Below, in pieces: positions 18,869-30,442 of a stretch of 64,000 bases of DNA. The stretch spans positions 124,001 through 188,000 of the forward strand of contig OZ025665.1 in the NCBI GenBank assembly GCA_964019335.1. Reading direction: 5' to 3'. The stretch comes from Diplonema japonicum. Its lineage: Eukaryota > Protista > Euglenozoa: Diplonemea. The position numbers and the translations under genes were made by a program. Within the stretch, counting starts at the first letter, position 1, and each line of letters opens with the position of its first letter. The notes beneath the pieces were generated by a model. That model was not told the origin of the DNA. It saw only the letters and a list, made by a program, of their open reading frames with translations, and did not search any database.

Positions 18869-21800
18869 TTAGCATTCTATTCTTCGAACGAGTGGTGAGC
18901 GCCTTGCTTTGCGAGGCGCGACTGGCGCTTGATCCGCTTGTCTCAGCACCATCTTTTTGATGAACTGTTTGAACGACTTGCACAGCAGGTACTTCCCCGT
19001 GAATTGTATGTCGAACAGCACCCCCCTCACACCTCGTTCCAGCTTTGCCAGAGCAGTGCAGGAGGTGACCGCCCAACGGTCCTGCTCAGTGATGAGAAGC
19101 GACGCTCTCCCGACGACCTCCTTTTCAAAAAGGACCTTTGTTTTATAGTTAATAACAACGGACATGTAAGGAGTGGCTATGGAGAGAAGGGCGAGGCGCC
19201 AGAGGCGGGTTGCCGCGAGGCGTGAGGAAGTCTCATTGTTGCGGAGGGAAAGAAAGCGGACCTCGCATTGGGTTTCACAATAGAAGCCCGCCCAGTTGTT
19301 CTCGACAGCTTTTCGAAGTCTTGCTTCTCGCCGGGTCAAGTTGTTGATGCTGTGTACGAAAACGGTAAAAACGGTGGTCTTTAACTCTCGTCTCCATCCT
19401 GTCTTGACAGCCTTTCGATCGAACCCCTCAAGCAACACAGTCGCTTCTAAGGCCCACGTCTGCTTCCATCTTTTGACTGCTGCAGACCACGATGCTCGGA
19501 TCCGATATCTAGAACAGGCTTCCAAGTACCCCAACACCATCGCAGACCCTTTAAGCCGGGCAGCTGCAGTGAGGTTCTCCCTCAGGGCAACCTCCTCCCT
19601 CTGCGTTATGTGCCTTGTTAATGCCTCTGTGATTAACAGCTTGCCAACGCCCTTTTGGTACCTGACGGTATGTGAAAATTGTACTTGTTCGGACTCGGCC
19701 AAATGGCGTGCGTTACACTCAAGCTCTTCGATGAGCGTGAGGCCAGTCGAGTAGTGTTCCGAGGCTGCTTTTTCCGTGTCGAGGACGTAGCTTTGAGATA
19801 GTGCGGAGCGCCGGGTGCACTCCTTGCTCATGATGGACAAGGTTTCTTGCCAATTCACGATCTCTGGGATGCTTAACACGTATCTTTGGAAGATGTTGCA
19901 ACGCGATGCTTCTTCTTGCCGGATGTACCACCACCGCCGGGTGTAGCCAGCTTCGATCTGCTCCAGACCACTGAGGAAGCTGGTTGTAAAGGTTTCACGG
20001 TTCATAGAGTTGAGTCGTGTGATTGCCGCGCGGCTGTGCGACTGCGTCTTGAACATGGCAAGGGTGGCGGTGAAGATGGTGAACAGGGTGCGCCACGAAC
20101 CGACGATCCGAACCCTCGCGATCGACTCCGTGCAGAAGAACGAGTGAGGGAACAATCTCTGCCGGTGCTGCTGTTCCGACTCTTCTATCCGTTTTCTGAG
20201 CTTGAAGTTGCTCCGCTGGAACTTTTCGCGCTCGGCGGTCGTCCCATCGAACATGCCAATAACCTCTTTCGAGATCGATTTTATGATCCGAAACTCTTTT
20301 TCAGCAAGCGCTTCTGTCTTGGCCCTGTGAAGCTCCTCCTCCTCAGGAAAACCTAAGAGGTTTTGGCGAGCCTGCTTACGTCTCAAAGCAGTTCTCTTTT
20401 CTCGCCATGTGGTTTGTAACATCAATACAATTGCCTCCAAACCCTCCCCGTAAGAGACTCGCTTTCGAAGGATGTACTTTAGAAAGCTCCGTTGTATGCA
20501 GGATGCAGAACGGACCCACAGCATTGTTGGTGGAGCGAGGGCGGTGGGGCGGACCCTGTCCAACCCGACCTGTCGGAGAACCTCATCAAGGGATCTGCTG
20601 ACGAATTCATTGTCGTGGCCTATCTGCTCCAGTTTTTCATACGGCAAATTTTCGCGCACAATCTTCATGCACTCAACATCAACGTCGCACAAGCTCCTCA
20701 GTATCGACAGGCAGCCCAGGACGGTGTCGACCTTCCTGAATGAACCCGCCTTCGACCTTGGGGACGAGCACAGCATCTTCACATCAAACGGGTCGCGATC
20801 GTCGTTGCTTATCGTGTCCTCCACGTTATGAATCTCGTACTGTGGCCTTGCAAAGGAAGGCATGTTGATCAGCACCTTCACGACGCTGGTGCAGAACATC
20901 GACTGCGTTGCTTTCGATTCGAAATACAAATTCTGCTCCTCATCCAGCGTGCCTGGTGTGAGGATGAAGTCGATCAGCCGCACCGTTTCAACGACCGCCG
21001 AAGGGCTGCCCCAGTCGGGGGACCCGAGGATCGACCAAAGCACTGAAATACAAGGCGTTGTTAAAATTTGCTTTTTATGGATTTTCGATGAGTAGCAGAG
21101 CTGGCGGAGCAACCGAGAGGCACCGGCTGCAGCATCGGAGGTGTGCAGAGGGGGGTTGCAGCCTTCTAATAGTATATGGTGTAGACCGGCACTGAAGAAC
21201 AGCTCCTTTTGAGACGACCACCGCAGGGAACGGTCAAGGATGAGGACTAAACTGCTCAGAACATCGGCTGTCCGGAACCCGCTGCACCACAGTATCTTGA
21301 CAAGCCCTGCCACCCCAAACAGGACCTTCCTTTCAGCGAACAGATCACCGTGTTCTTCGTGGAGCACCATTCCGGATATCGTTTTGATGACTCTTTCTGC
21401 TGTCACCTTGTCCCTTGCCACCCAATCACTGCACAGCACCTTAATCAGCTCGTGGAACACTTCTGCATTTCCCAAGATTAATCTGCACATGAAGGACTTC
21501 GGTTGCATTCCAGTCAACACCAACGAACGACGGCGTACACCGGTGTACCTCCTCATGACAATAGATATCTTCGGGTCTTCATACAGACCAACAAGGTGCT
21601 GATACAGAGTGATGCCGTGCAGAGACACCCCAGGGATCGAGGATGCGATGATAGACGTGATAAAGGACAGGTCCGCAGGGGTGATGGATGTAAGAAAGGT
21701 TTCAACAGATTCTTCTCGAGAGGACTTCAGCCGATTAAGAATGGATATAACACATTCGATGCTCAAAGGCGTCAGGGCGTTCGTTATGGCAGCAAGCATA

Positions 21801-22384
21801 GAGGCCCTTAGTATCCGTAAGATACCATCGTTCTGGCAGAAAGTAAGAATCTCTGAGGTGACGTCTCTACTTTGCTGCAGCGAGCAGACATAGAGCATGG
21901 TGTCTATGTTGAAGGACGCTGGGGTGGGTTTTGTTGAGGTGTAGATGAGGTCTGAGAGGCGGCGACCACCGTGATTCTCCAAAAACAGTTTTAAAAAATC
22001 CTTGGAATGTTTCGACCATGTGTTGAGGGTTTTTGATATCGCTTCGTGGAGGCCTGATCTGCCTGCTCCGGTTCGGGCTTGAATGAACCACAAGGCGTCG
22101 TTTATAGTGTCGAAGACTAGGCCCTCATAACCTTTGTGGTTCTCCCTGAGCATGCCGCAGAGGATGACGACACACCTTTTTATGCGCCCGCAGCTTGCTT
22201 TGATGCCTACCTGTGTTACTCTTTCCGCCATGCTGCTTTGCAGTAAAAATTCTCCCATTGCGTCCTCTTCTGTCTTTTCCTCGCTTATCCCCTTTATCTG
22301 CTCCTCAACCATACCCATCCTTGCGTCTCCGACGCCGTTCAGGGACAGCAGGCACATTACTACCGCTTTTACATTTTGTCGCAT
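18869..22384 (-). CDS. ARM-like helical protein with IQ motif and coiled-coil C-terminus, 1171 aa
   Basis: Long intact ORF; helical-repeat-like N-half, SASCIQRSFLKY IQ-like motif, repeated E-x2-R-x2-I coiled-coil pattern. Confidence 0.7.
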   Translation of the reverse strand: MRQNVKAVVMCLLSLNGVGDARMGMVEEQIKGISEEKTEEDAMGEFLLQSSMAERVTQVGIKASCGRIKRCVVILCGMLRENHKGYEGLVFDTINDALWFIQARTGAGRSGLHEAISKTLNTWSKHSKDFLKLFLENHGGRRLSDLIYTSTKPTPASFNIDTMLYVCSLQQSRDVTSEILTFCQNDGILRILRASMLAAITNALTPLSIECVISILNRLKSSREESVETFLTSITPADLSFITSIIASSIPGVSLHGITLYQHLVGLYEDPKISIVMRRYTGVRRRSLVLTGMQPKSFMCRLILGNAEVFHELIKVLCSDWVARDKVTAERVIKTISGMVLHEEHGDLFAERKVLFGVAGLVKILWCSGFRTADVLSSLVLILDRSLRWSSQKELFFSAGLHHILLEGCNPPLHTSDAAAGASRLLRQLCYSSKIHKKQILTTPCISVLWSILGSPDWGSPSAVVETVRLIDFILTPGTLDEEQNLYFESKATQSMFCTSVVKVLINMPSFARPQYEIHNVEDTISNDDRDPFDVKMLCSSPRSKAGSFRKVDTVLGCLSILRSLCDVDVECMKIVRENLPYEKLEQIGHDNEFVSRSLDEVLRQVGLDRVRPTALAPPTMLWVRSASCIQRSFLKYILRKRVSYGEGLEAIVLMLQTTWREKRTALRRKQARQNLLGFPEEEELHRAKTEALAEKEFRIIKSISKEVIGMFDGTTAEREKFQRSNFKLRKRIEESEQQHRQRLFPHSFFCTESIARVRIVGSWRTLFTIFTATLAMFKTQSHSRAAITRLNSMNRETFTTSFLSGLEQIEAGYTRRWWYIRQEEASRCNIFQRYVLSIPEIVNWQETLSIMSKECTRRSALSQSYVLDTEKAASEHYSTGLTLIEELECNARHLAESEQVQFSHTVRYQKGVGKLLITEALTRHITQREEVALRENLTAAARLKGSAMVLGYLEACSRYRIRASWSAAVKRWKQTWALEATVLLEGFDRKAVKTGWRRELKTTVFTVFVHSINNLTRREARLRKAVENNWAGFYCETQCEVRFLSLRNNETSSRLAATRLWRLALLSIATPYMSVVINYKTKVLFEKEVVGRASLLITEQDRWAVTSCTALAKLERGVRGVLFDIQFTGKYLLCKSFKQFIKKMVLRQADQAPVAPRKARRSPLVRRIEC

Positions 22385-23623
22385 TTCCTTAATTTTCTTT
22401 TTTTTTGGGGGGGTATTTTGTGGTACCAGTGGAAGAAGAATCCAAAGAAAAGAAAGAGAAAAAAAAAAAGAGGGGGGGAAAGAGAGGGAGGGAAAAAGAT
22501 AAAAAGTGATATGAAAAAAAAAGGGAGCGGCGGGTGGTAGAAGAAGGGGAATAAAAAAAGAGGAACAGTAGCGAAGTGAAAAAAAAAGTTTACCATATTA
22601 TAGAATGCTGGGGGGGGGGGAGGGGGGACAGGAAATTGGGTGTTAAGTAGGTGTGAAAAAAAAAAGGTGGGGAAGACAATCTAAATCTAAAAGGGGTGTT
22701 AAAAAAAAAAAACTATTTTCCTAAATGAAAAATAAGATAGCATCATTATGCGGGGTGGCAGGGGAGGGGGAGGGTTACCGAGATAGGATATTACTGACTT
22801 CACGAGCAGAGCGAAATGCAGCAATATCGTCAGGTGAGCCCATCACTGCGGAATAATGCTTCTATTTTTCACTTGATTTGTTGTTTAATTTAATGAGTGC
22901 TGAGTTCGAAAGGGTTTGCATCAAATAAGAAAAAAAAAACCCCCCAAAAAAAAGTGCTTGCTGTCGATCATGACCCTCTTTACACTGCTATTTCCATCCC
23001 AGGAAACAGGAGTTTAAACTAAGAAAAAAAAAAAAAAAAAAAAACAATCGTGCCGAAGTGAGAAACAAAAAAAAAAAAAAGAAATTTTACTCAAAAACTG
23101 CTTCTTACGGGGAGGGAGGGGGCTTTTTTTTTTCCTCTCCCCCGTTTTCCCCTTTCACTGTATTTCTTCTTTTCATTTATTTGTGTTTCCCCCCCCCCAA
23201 AAAAAAATGGTGTAGTAAAAGAGATCTAAACAAATTAAGATAGGAAACGAGGGAAAAAGAAAAGAAAAGAAAAGAAAATGAAAAACCGAAATATCTATGC
23301 AATCGTGTTCACTTTCTTTCTCGTTCTGTCTCCTCTTCCGGAGGGTGCCGATAAGCTCCCCTTATCACCTCTCTCTCTCTCTCTCTCGAGGCGGCTAGGA
23401 AAAAAAAAAAACTTCCCACTTAAGAGAATGGCCGCCCCTTCCCCCCCTTTTTTTTCAATGGTGTTTTCTTTTTTTTTTTTTTTTTTTTTTTGCCCATTTA
23501 ACCCCCACCCACATCTATAGAGGAAAAAAAAGAAAAAAAATAATCTAAAAAAGTGCCAAGAAACACATTTTTTTTGTCGACTCCCCCCCCCCCAAAAAAA
23601 AAGGAAACTCACACCCCTTTCAT

Positions 23624-24868
23624 TCACGGGGCTTTAGCCATCACACCGGACTTCCGGTTGTCCGTGTGTCGACAGGCCCCGGCAGCCCTCCACGAAGCGG
23701 TAAGCATTTCCAGGTATTCTTCTTGAAATTCGGTCAAGACGTCTTGAGCAGAAGGCCTTGATGTGGGGTTTTTTCTCATCATTGACGTGACCGTGTGTGC
23801 GAGCTTTGGGGAGTACCCTAAGCATGTCATGCTTTCTGACGGTGGGGAAGCTTCACGAACGGTACGCCAGGGTGTCTCCGCACCCCGTGGGGGCGAGGAC
23901 CCGGTCAACACCTCATACACAGACATGCCAAGGCTGAAGATGTCAGCCTCTGTAAGGTGCGTCTTGTCATTCAGCATTTCCAACGGAAGATACCGTATGT
24001 CTCCTTCTTCCAATGAGAATCGCACGTCTATCTCGCTGCTCAAAGAGTCAAGACTGCTTTTTAACGGAACAGCCTGCTGCATGGATTCATCAAGAAAGTG
24101 TGCGTGGCCAAAATCACCGAGTTTAAACTGATCTCCTGATATGTAGATATTTTCCGGTTTTATGTCAAGATGAGCCACCCTTACTTGTGTGTGGAGGTAG
24201 TCAGCTGCAGACGTGGTTTGAAGAAGCAGGGACCGCACCTTGTCCTCGTCCCATCTTTTGTTTTGTTCCCGGAGAATGCGGACTCGTTGATCAAGAGAGC
24301 CTCCTGGGCAGTACTCGCTTTGAAGGTAAAGTCGTTTTTCTTCCACCCAGCATGAGTAGTATCTGATGATGTTGGTGTGGTTGCATCTTGCGAGGACCTT
24401 TGCTTCATCGACACGTCTTGACAGTTCGTACTGGCTTTTTATGGTGGTGTTCAGTACTTTGACAGCGTAGTGCATTCCTTCAAGGTTGGAGACAGCTTCA
24501 ACAACATGGCCGAAGTTTCCTTTTCCTATTTCTGTTATCACCCTGAACTGGCTGTTGAACCATCCGCCGTACGAGGGTACTAAAAAGTCCCCGCTTTCAG
24601 CTAGAGGGGAGCATTCTGGTGTGCCGTAGTGCATTGAAAGGCTGCTGCCCACGCCTCTTGTTATGCTCGCGCATGAGAGGGAGAGTTTTGTTTTCACCCT
24701 TCTCCCACCTTTTGGAATCTCCGGGCTGTCGCTTCGTTGCGGCACAGCTATCCCTTCTTCTTTTCTAGGTGTCTCCGGATGTCTCGATGTTTCAAACCTG
24801 GGAGTGCACGGGGGTGTTGAACCCCCTAGATCCAACACTGGCGGCGGCAGTGTGCTGCGGCCTGCCAT
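23624..24868 (-). CDS. WEE1: Wee1/Myt1-family protein kinase
   Basis: IGKGNFGHV, YAVK, HLDIKPEN, KLGDFG and the family-typical EEGDIRY and ADIFSLG. Confidence 0.9.
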   Translation of the reverse strand: MAGRSTLPPPVLDLGGSTPPCTPRFETSRHPETPRKEEGIAVPQRSDSPEIPKGGRRVKTKLSLSCASITRGVGSSLSMHYGTPECSPLAESGDFLVPSYGGWFNSQFRVITEIGKGNFGHVVEAVSNLEGMHYAVKVLNTTIKSQYELSRRVDEAKVLARCNHTNIIRYYSCWVEEKRLYLQSEYCPGGSLDQRVRILREQNKRWDEDKVRSLLLQTTSAADYLHTQVRVAHLDIKPENIYISGDQFKLGDFGHAHFLDESMQQAVPLKSSLDSLSSEIDVRFSLEEGDIRYLPLEMLNDKTHLTEADIFSLGMSVYEVLTGSSPPRGAETPWRTVREASPPSESMTCLGYSPKLAHTVTSMMRKNPTSRPSAQDVLTEFQEEYLEMLTASWRAAGACRHTDNRKSGVMAKAP

Positions 24869-25479
24869 TTCTATCCCTCTCTACCCCTGTCCTGGTTTGG
24901 GAAATGGCTTTTTTTTTTTTTTTTTGGAACGAGGAAAATAAATGTGAGGGGGGGAAAAAAAATATAAAAAAAATATCTTAAAGCAAAAAAAAGGAAAAAC
25001 AATATTACAAGGGAGGGAGGGAGGGGGGGATGAGGAAGCGAGGGTGTGTGTGTGATAATTCTTGATACACTCTTCGATACTCCCTTCCTTTCCTCTCTCT
25101 CTCTCCCCTCATTTCTTTTTTGTTTTTCCGATTTTTATTGGAAGGAAAAGAAAAAGGGGGAACACAAAAAAAAAAAAGAGAAAAATGAAATATGGTAAAA
25201 AAGTCTTGTTCGTTCTTTTTTCCCCCCCGCTCGAGTAAGGGAAGAGAAAAAATAAAAAAGTAAAACAGTTGAAAAAAAAATATTGGGGGGGGGGACATAA
25301 TATAATGAAGTACATCCTTACTCAGCACAGAATACAAGCTTTTTTTTTTTTAAATTATTATTTTTTTTTCTTTTAACCAATATTGCGGGAAAAAAAAAGA
25401 AGAAAAAAAAAAGGGACCCAAGGGAGGGGGGGATTTTTTTTTTTTTTTTTTCACGTCTCCAGAAATATTTTCAAGAGAC

Positions 25480-25728
25480 CTAGTGATGGCTGTCACCGCC
25501 TTCGGGCTTGTAGTTCCCGATGGGGGTGTGCCACACTCCGTACCTGGGCCTGTAGTTGTTCTGGAATCCACACTGAACAAATATTAGCCCCCCAAAGAAA
25601 ATACCAGCGTAAATCCACCTAGACATCATGTTCATGGGGGTAACAAGGTTGGCAGAAAGGTTATGGGTGTACTTGCCGCTTGGCTGATCGAAGTTGGAAG
25701 GGCATGATGCATGGCCGTGTCCACCCAT
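25480..25728 (-). CDS. Small single-TM protein, paralog A (82 aa)
   Basis: ATG 25728 (MGGHGHASCPSNFD...YKPEGGDSHH); clear homology to the adjacent ORF at 26145-26396. Confidence 0.85.
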   Translation of the reverse strand: MGGHGHASCPSNFDQPSGKYTHNLSANLVTPMNMMSRWIYAGIFFGGLIFVQCGFQNNYRPRYGVWHTPIGNYKPEGGDSHH

Positions 25729-26144
25729 TTTTAACTGTTTTGTTTTCCTGTAAAAAAAGATTTTTTCTTTTTTTTTGCTGGTAGGGAAGAAGAAAAAAAA
25801 AAAAACTAAATCAAAACAACAAAGACGATTAAAAAAAAAAAAGAAAAAAGAAAAAAAAACGGTCAATGGAGGTCATTAGAAGAGCCTCCCTACCATCTTT
25901 ATTCTGGAATGAAAATAAAAAAAAAAAAATAAAAATAGAACGGAAGGATGAGATAGTAAAAAAAAGAAAATAAAAAAAATCCAGTTCCAGCCAGTGTGCT
26001 TGGAGGCCGCACTGCTCGATATTGGAAGTAAAAAAGGAATAAAAAAAAAAAACGGGGGAAAAAAAAAAATGCCATTCAAGAGCATTCTCTTTTTCCCTTC
26101 GGAGATCGTAGATTCTTTAGGGGAAAAAAATTTAAAAAAAATTC

Positions 26145-26396
26145 CTAGTGGTGGTTGTCGTAACCCTCTGGCTTGTACACTCCGATGGGCTCGTTCCAAG
26201 TTGACCACCTGGGTCGGTAGGTACCCTTTGCGTTACTCTGCATGATGACAAGACTGCCAGCAACAAAGCCGAGGTACAAGAAAACCGACAACTTGTTCAT
26301 CGGCACAACAAGGTTGGCTGAGAGATTCTGCACATACTTCCCCTTGGGCATATCGAAGTTGGAGGGGCAAGTGTTGTGACCGCCGTGACCGCCCAT
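26145..26396 (-). CDS. Small single-TM protein, paralog B (83 aa)
   Basis: MGGHGGHNTCPSNFD...YKPEGYDNHH; shares CPSNFD, NLSANLV-PMN, YRPR and PIG-YKPEG with paralog A. Confidence 0.85.
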   Translation of the reverse strand: MGGHGGHNTCPSNFDMPKGKYVQNLSANLVVPMNKLSVFLYLGFVAGSLVIMQSNAKGTYRPRWSTWNEPIGVYKPEGYDNHH

Positions 26397-26460
26397 TTTT
26401 TTCTTTTTTTTTTTCTTTTTTGTGTGTGTTAGAAAAACCTATTATTATATGCTTGTTGTG

Positions 26461-26498
<38 letters not shown>

Positions 26499-26668
26499 AA
26501 TTTACTAACAAGTAATGGCTTGAACACAACTACGGGGTTCCGAGTGTCGTTCGAAAGCATTACCTTTTCACGACTCTCTGAAAATCTTTTAAAACCTCTA
26601 TTCGAATAACGAAGCATATCTTACTTCACAGTGAAAAGCAATTATCAGAAAGTGGAATTATAATACCC

Positions 26669-27262
26669 TCACGCGGGGTGGGTTTTAGCCCATTCAATGG
26701 CCTCCAGGCGTACCTCATTGCAGACCTTCTCTTTTTTGTTTTTGTAGCCTATAAGAGGGTTGTTTTCCGCAGAAACATCTTTATGCAGCCTGGCTCCCTC
26801 CAGCTTGATGATAGCATAACGCTCAAAAGCGGATGGTGTCACCTTCACGTAACGAATAAAGGCATCCATCTCACATGCGAAGGTGCTGCCAAGCTGGACC
26901 ACGTGGACCACGACACGGCCAGCGTGACCGGGTTTACCCTCGCCACCAAAGAACCACTGGTCCTTGTCCCCATGGGGTGCTATGCCCTTGTAGTCATAAC
27001 CTGCCTCAGCCATCGCCTTGAGCTCTTCCTCTACTAACGGGAAGCTCTCTACCTCAACAAGCACATCGGTGACAGGCGTGCCTGGCATACCAGGTATAGC
27101 GGACGAGCCCATCCTTGAGCACCTCTTGATGTTGCTCCCGAGGGCCTTCGTGATCCCCACCTCGGTTTTTAAAAACACTTTTTTGCTGATCTCCGGTTCC
27201 AGGCCCCTCGGTAAAAAGGGGTAATCACCGAGCATCATGACATCAGGTAGATCGTCGGCCAT
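26669..27262 (-). CDS. GrpB/UPF0157 family (nucleotidyltransferase-fold) protein
   Basis: RMGSSAIPGMPGTPVTDVLV matches the GrpB HIGSTSVPGLxAKPIIDI pattern; also VHVV, RYAIIKL and YKNKK. Confidence 0.8.
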   Translation of the reverse strand: MADDLPDVMMLGDYPFLPRGLEPEISKKVFLKTEVGITKALGSNIKRCSRMGSSAIPGMPGTPVTDVLVEVESFPLVEEELKAMAEAGYDYKGIAPHGDKDQWFFGGEGKPGHAGRVVVHVVQLGSTFACEMDAFIRYVKVTPSAFERYAIIKLEGARLHKDVSAENNPLIGYKNKKEKVCNEVRLEAIEWAKTHPA

Positions 27263-27313
27263 TTTCTTCTTTTTCCCTCCCCTTTTCCTCTCCCTGTTAT
27301 TTTTTTTATTTTA

Positions 27314-27657
27314 CTGTAAAACGAAAAACTCCCGGACGGAAAAATGTCCGAGCTTTTTTAGCGTTCGGGAATTTTTTACTACTGGTCAATTTGATGAAGA
27401 AGTACGGGTTTATGAGAAGTTAAAGATCCCGTGGGTGCTGTTTGTTGGTGCACTGAAAGGGGAAGAAAAATTCAAACTGCCACGCAGGGTAAACATTTTG
27501 GCTCTGCACAAGGAATAAAGCCCTTCCAGGCAAACGTGGTGGGAGCTGCTACCCCCCCTTAAGTAAAAAAACTTCTTCCCAGAAAAACCCGGCGGGAAAA
27601 TGTCCGGGTTTTTTTGGTGTCCGGGAGTTTTTCTGTCCGACATTATTCGTTTTACAG
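27314..27657. mobile_element. Tc1/mariner/pogo-type MITE, 344 bp
   Basis: TA-CTGTAAAACGAA ... TTCGTTTTACAG-TA: perfect 12-bp TIR with TA target duplication. Subterminal aaaaactcccggac / gtccgggagttttt is also inverted. Confidence 0.88.
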
Positions 27658-27978
27658 TATTTTTTTTTTTTTTTTTTTTTTTTGGGATGAAAAAAGGAGT
27701 CGGCTGATTGTTTGTGCAAGCCGTCAAGAAGGTGTGCCCCATCTTTCTTGTGGACCTGCCTGAGACAGGCCTCGTTGCCCAGGCAACCACACCTCGGGCA
27801 ATGGAAACCCGTCTTATGCTCCCGGTCGCACCCGGCGGCACAGTCGGGGTCCGACGGCGCCGTGGGCCCCTCCGGGTACAGTATAACCGACAACTCAGAC
27901 GGATCGATGTCTACGGGCAAGCTGCCTTTACTCTTTTTTGCAATAACAATTCTTTTCAAAAAATTTGTTTACTTGTTC

Positions 27979-28009
<31 letters not shown>

Positions 28010-30442
28010 TACTGAGATGGCACGAAGTCGGGGACGAGAGGGGGGAACGTGGGAAGGGGACATAAATAGCATTGATTTCAAAACTCCCTCCTTTCCTTTT
28101 AAAAAGAAAAAAAAAAAAAAAAAAAAAACCCCTTTCCACACCATGTCGCATTGAACGCATTAAGGGTGGAAACTACAGCATTGGAAACCAAGGGTGTAAA
28201 ATCCTAGGCTGCCAACCCAAGGGGCCAGTAAATTAGCTCTCCGCTTCGCTTGGTGGGAGGGTGCTTGAAGTCGTGCCATTTGAACAAAGAGGTGCGTGGG
28301 GGCTGCTTTATTACACAACATCAAGAAGAGCCCCAACCAACGAATGGCCAACAGCCCACTATGTGAAAAAAAAAAGAAATAAAAATAAAAAGAGAAGAAA
28401 AAAATATCAGAGGATACGTAACATAAAAAATCCATAATGAACATCATAAAAATAAAATAAAATAAAAAATAAAAAAAAACTAAAATAAAAATAAAACAAA
28501 CGCACAGAAAAAAAAAAAAAAAAAGAATGAGAAAACGAGGCAAATAGATAATCGATTTTTAAAATCTTCTCAAATCTGGTACGGTTACGCACATCTTCTT
28601 CTTTTCCCCTCCCCACCATTAATTATAACTGGAGAAGGGGAAAAAAAAAAAAAAAAAAAAAGTTCAGTTTTTAGTATTTGTGTGTGCACACGGTACAGCC
28701 CTGAGATCAAGTACCGCATGCTACAACTACTCCTTTTTTTGTTTTTCTTTACAAGAAACTGGGCAGTACTTGTAAATAAAAAAGGGGGGGGGGAATCACT
28801 ATGATATAGGAACGAGGTGGTTAGCAACGGCCCGAAAAAAAAAAAGAAAGGGTGCGTTATTGTTGTACGTGGGAGGTGGAATGATTGTTCTCTACAAGAA
28901 AAAAAAAAAAAAAATGAACGCCTCATAACTCTAAAAACCTGTTTAGCACACAGAGAACCGCTATTTCTTTTCGAAAATAATGGCTGCAATAATGAACTCG
29001 ACACTTCAAATAACTGAATGTTTCTTCCGACAGTCTTTTTCCCCCCCCCTCCTTTTTTTTTCTTTTTTGGAAAGAGGCCGGGCCCCTTTTCTACAAATAT
29101 AAGGAGTGACCACGAAAATATTTCTCCCGAAATCTTTTAAAACAACAGCCAAGATTCTTTCGAAAAAAAACTTTTCCTCCTCTATAGCCCCCCTAGAGCA
29201 AGTCCAAGATTGACCAGACGGGCTAGCTTATGGGCATAAAGGAAATCAGGAATATCAGCCATGTATTCTGTGTGTCTTGGAAGGAAGGAGGGGAAAGAGG
29301 CAGAGAAGAAAAAAAAAAAGGGGGAGTGGGGAGGGGGGGGGTCAGCAAGATGACGGCAAAAACTACCCCTGCTATCCCTCTGTCACTTGCTGTGCTGCCG
29401 AATGTCGTTGCTTTGACTCGCACCCTGGGAGGAAGAAACAAAAAAAAAAAACAAAAAAACCACTACTAGGGAGAGAAGCTGCTGGCGTGCCGCTTTCACC
29501 GAAAGAACACCATGGCATCATATTCTTTATAACTTTCTTATAATTTGGCAAAAAGGCTGGAAATGCAAGCCGAACGGAGAGAGAGGGTGGGGGGGGGGGG
29601 GGGGGGGAAGGTCTTTTTTTCTTTTTTTTTTCTTCTTCCTCCTTTAAATTTTAATTTTTGCTTTTTTTTTTTCTTTTTTCTTTTTTTTTTTTTTTTTTTT
29701 TTTTGCGTGTTGTTGGTGGACTGAACCACCTTTTCTTTTGGGCTTAACCTGCCAACTGATAAGGATAAGAGTGTCGGGTGAGCACAAAAAAAAAAAAAAA
29801 AAAAAAAAAAAGAAATCACACGCTGGCGTCTCCTACACAGGTTCCAGGTGACTTATTGTGCCGACCCTCCCCCCTTCCCTCCTCCTCTCCCCCCCTTTTT
29901 TTTGTTTTAGAAAAGAGCCTAAAACAACGACTGAGTAAACGTGCACCACCCCCCCCAAAGCTGAGCGGGTACGATAAATATATTTTCAAAAAAAAAAAAA
30001 AAAAAAAAAAAAGCCAGGTTGCCCCCTCTTTTCTCACCAAACGTCCACGATCGGAGGGTTAACACTTTGTATAGCTCGCCCGTCTTACAGGCACCCACAT
30101 GCTGGTGGGTGTTCTCCTCACACCCCTTCCACACACTACACATTCACATTTGGCTGCCGTTAAAAAAAAAAAAAAAACTCATGAAAAGAAAATAATATCA
30201 ATATCTTAGATTTCAACACTCGCTTCGTGCATGACTCACTCACTAGTCATTCCTCTTCTTCCCTTTTTCCTTTTTGCAGCGATTCGATCTTTTTTCGAGA
30301 CAAAAGAAAAGGGGGGAAGAAAACCTAGAGGTAAAAAAAAAAAAAGCAACGAAAAAAAAAAAAAAAAGAACAGAATGAAATTCAAAAGGACTCCCAAAAA
30401 AAATCTTTTTATTTCACTCTTCGTCATTTTCTTCACTCACTA

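Noticed and set aside
18436-19076. ORFs made of FL, RK, FS or RE dipeptides
   Set aside because: Artefacts of the (GAGAAA)38 microsatellite.
30010-30160. C-x2-C..H..C pattern suggesting a retrotransposon zinc finger
   Set aside because: Needs a frameshift and has no adjacent RT motifs; too weak to call.
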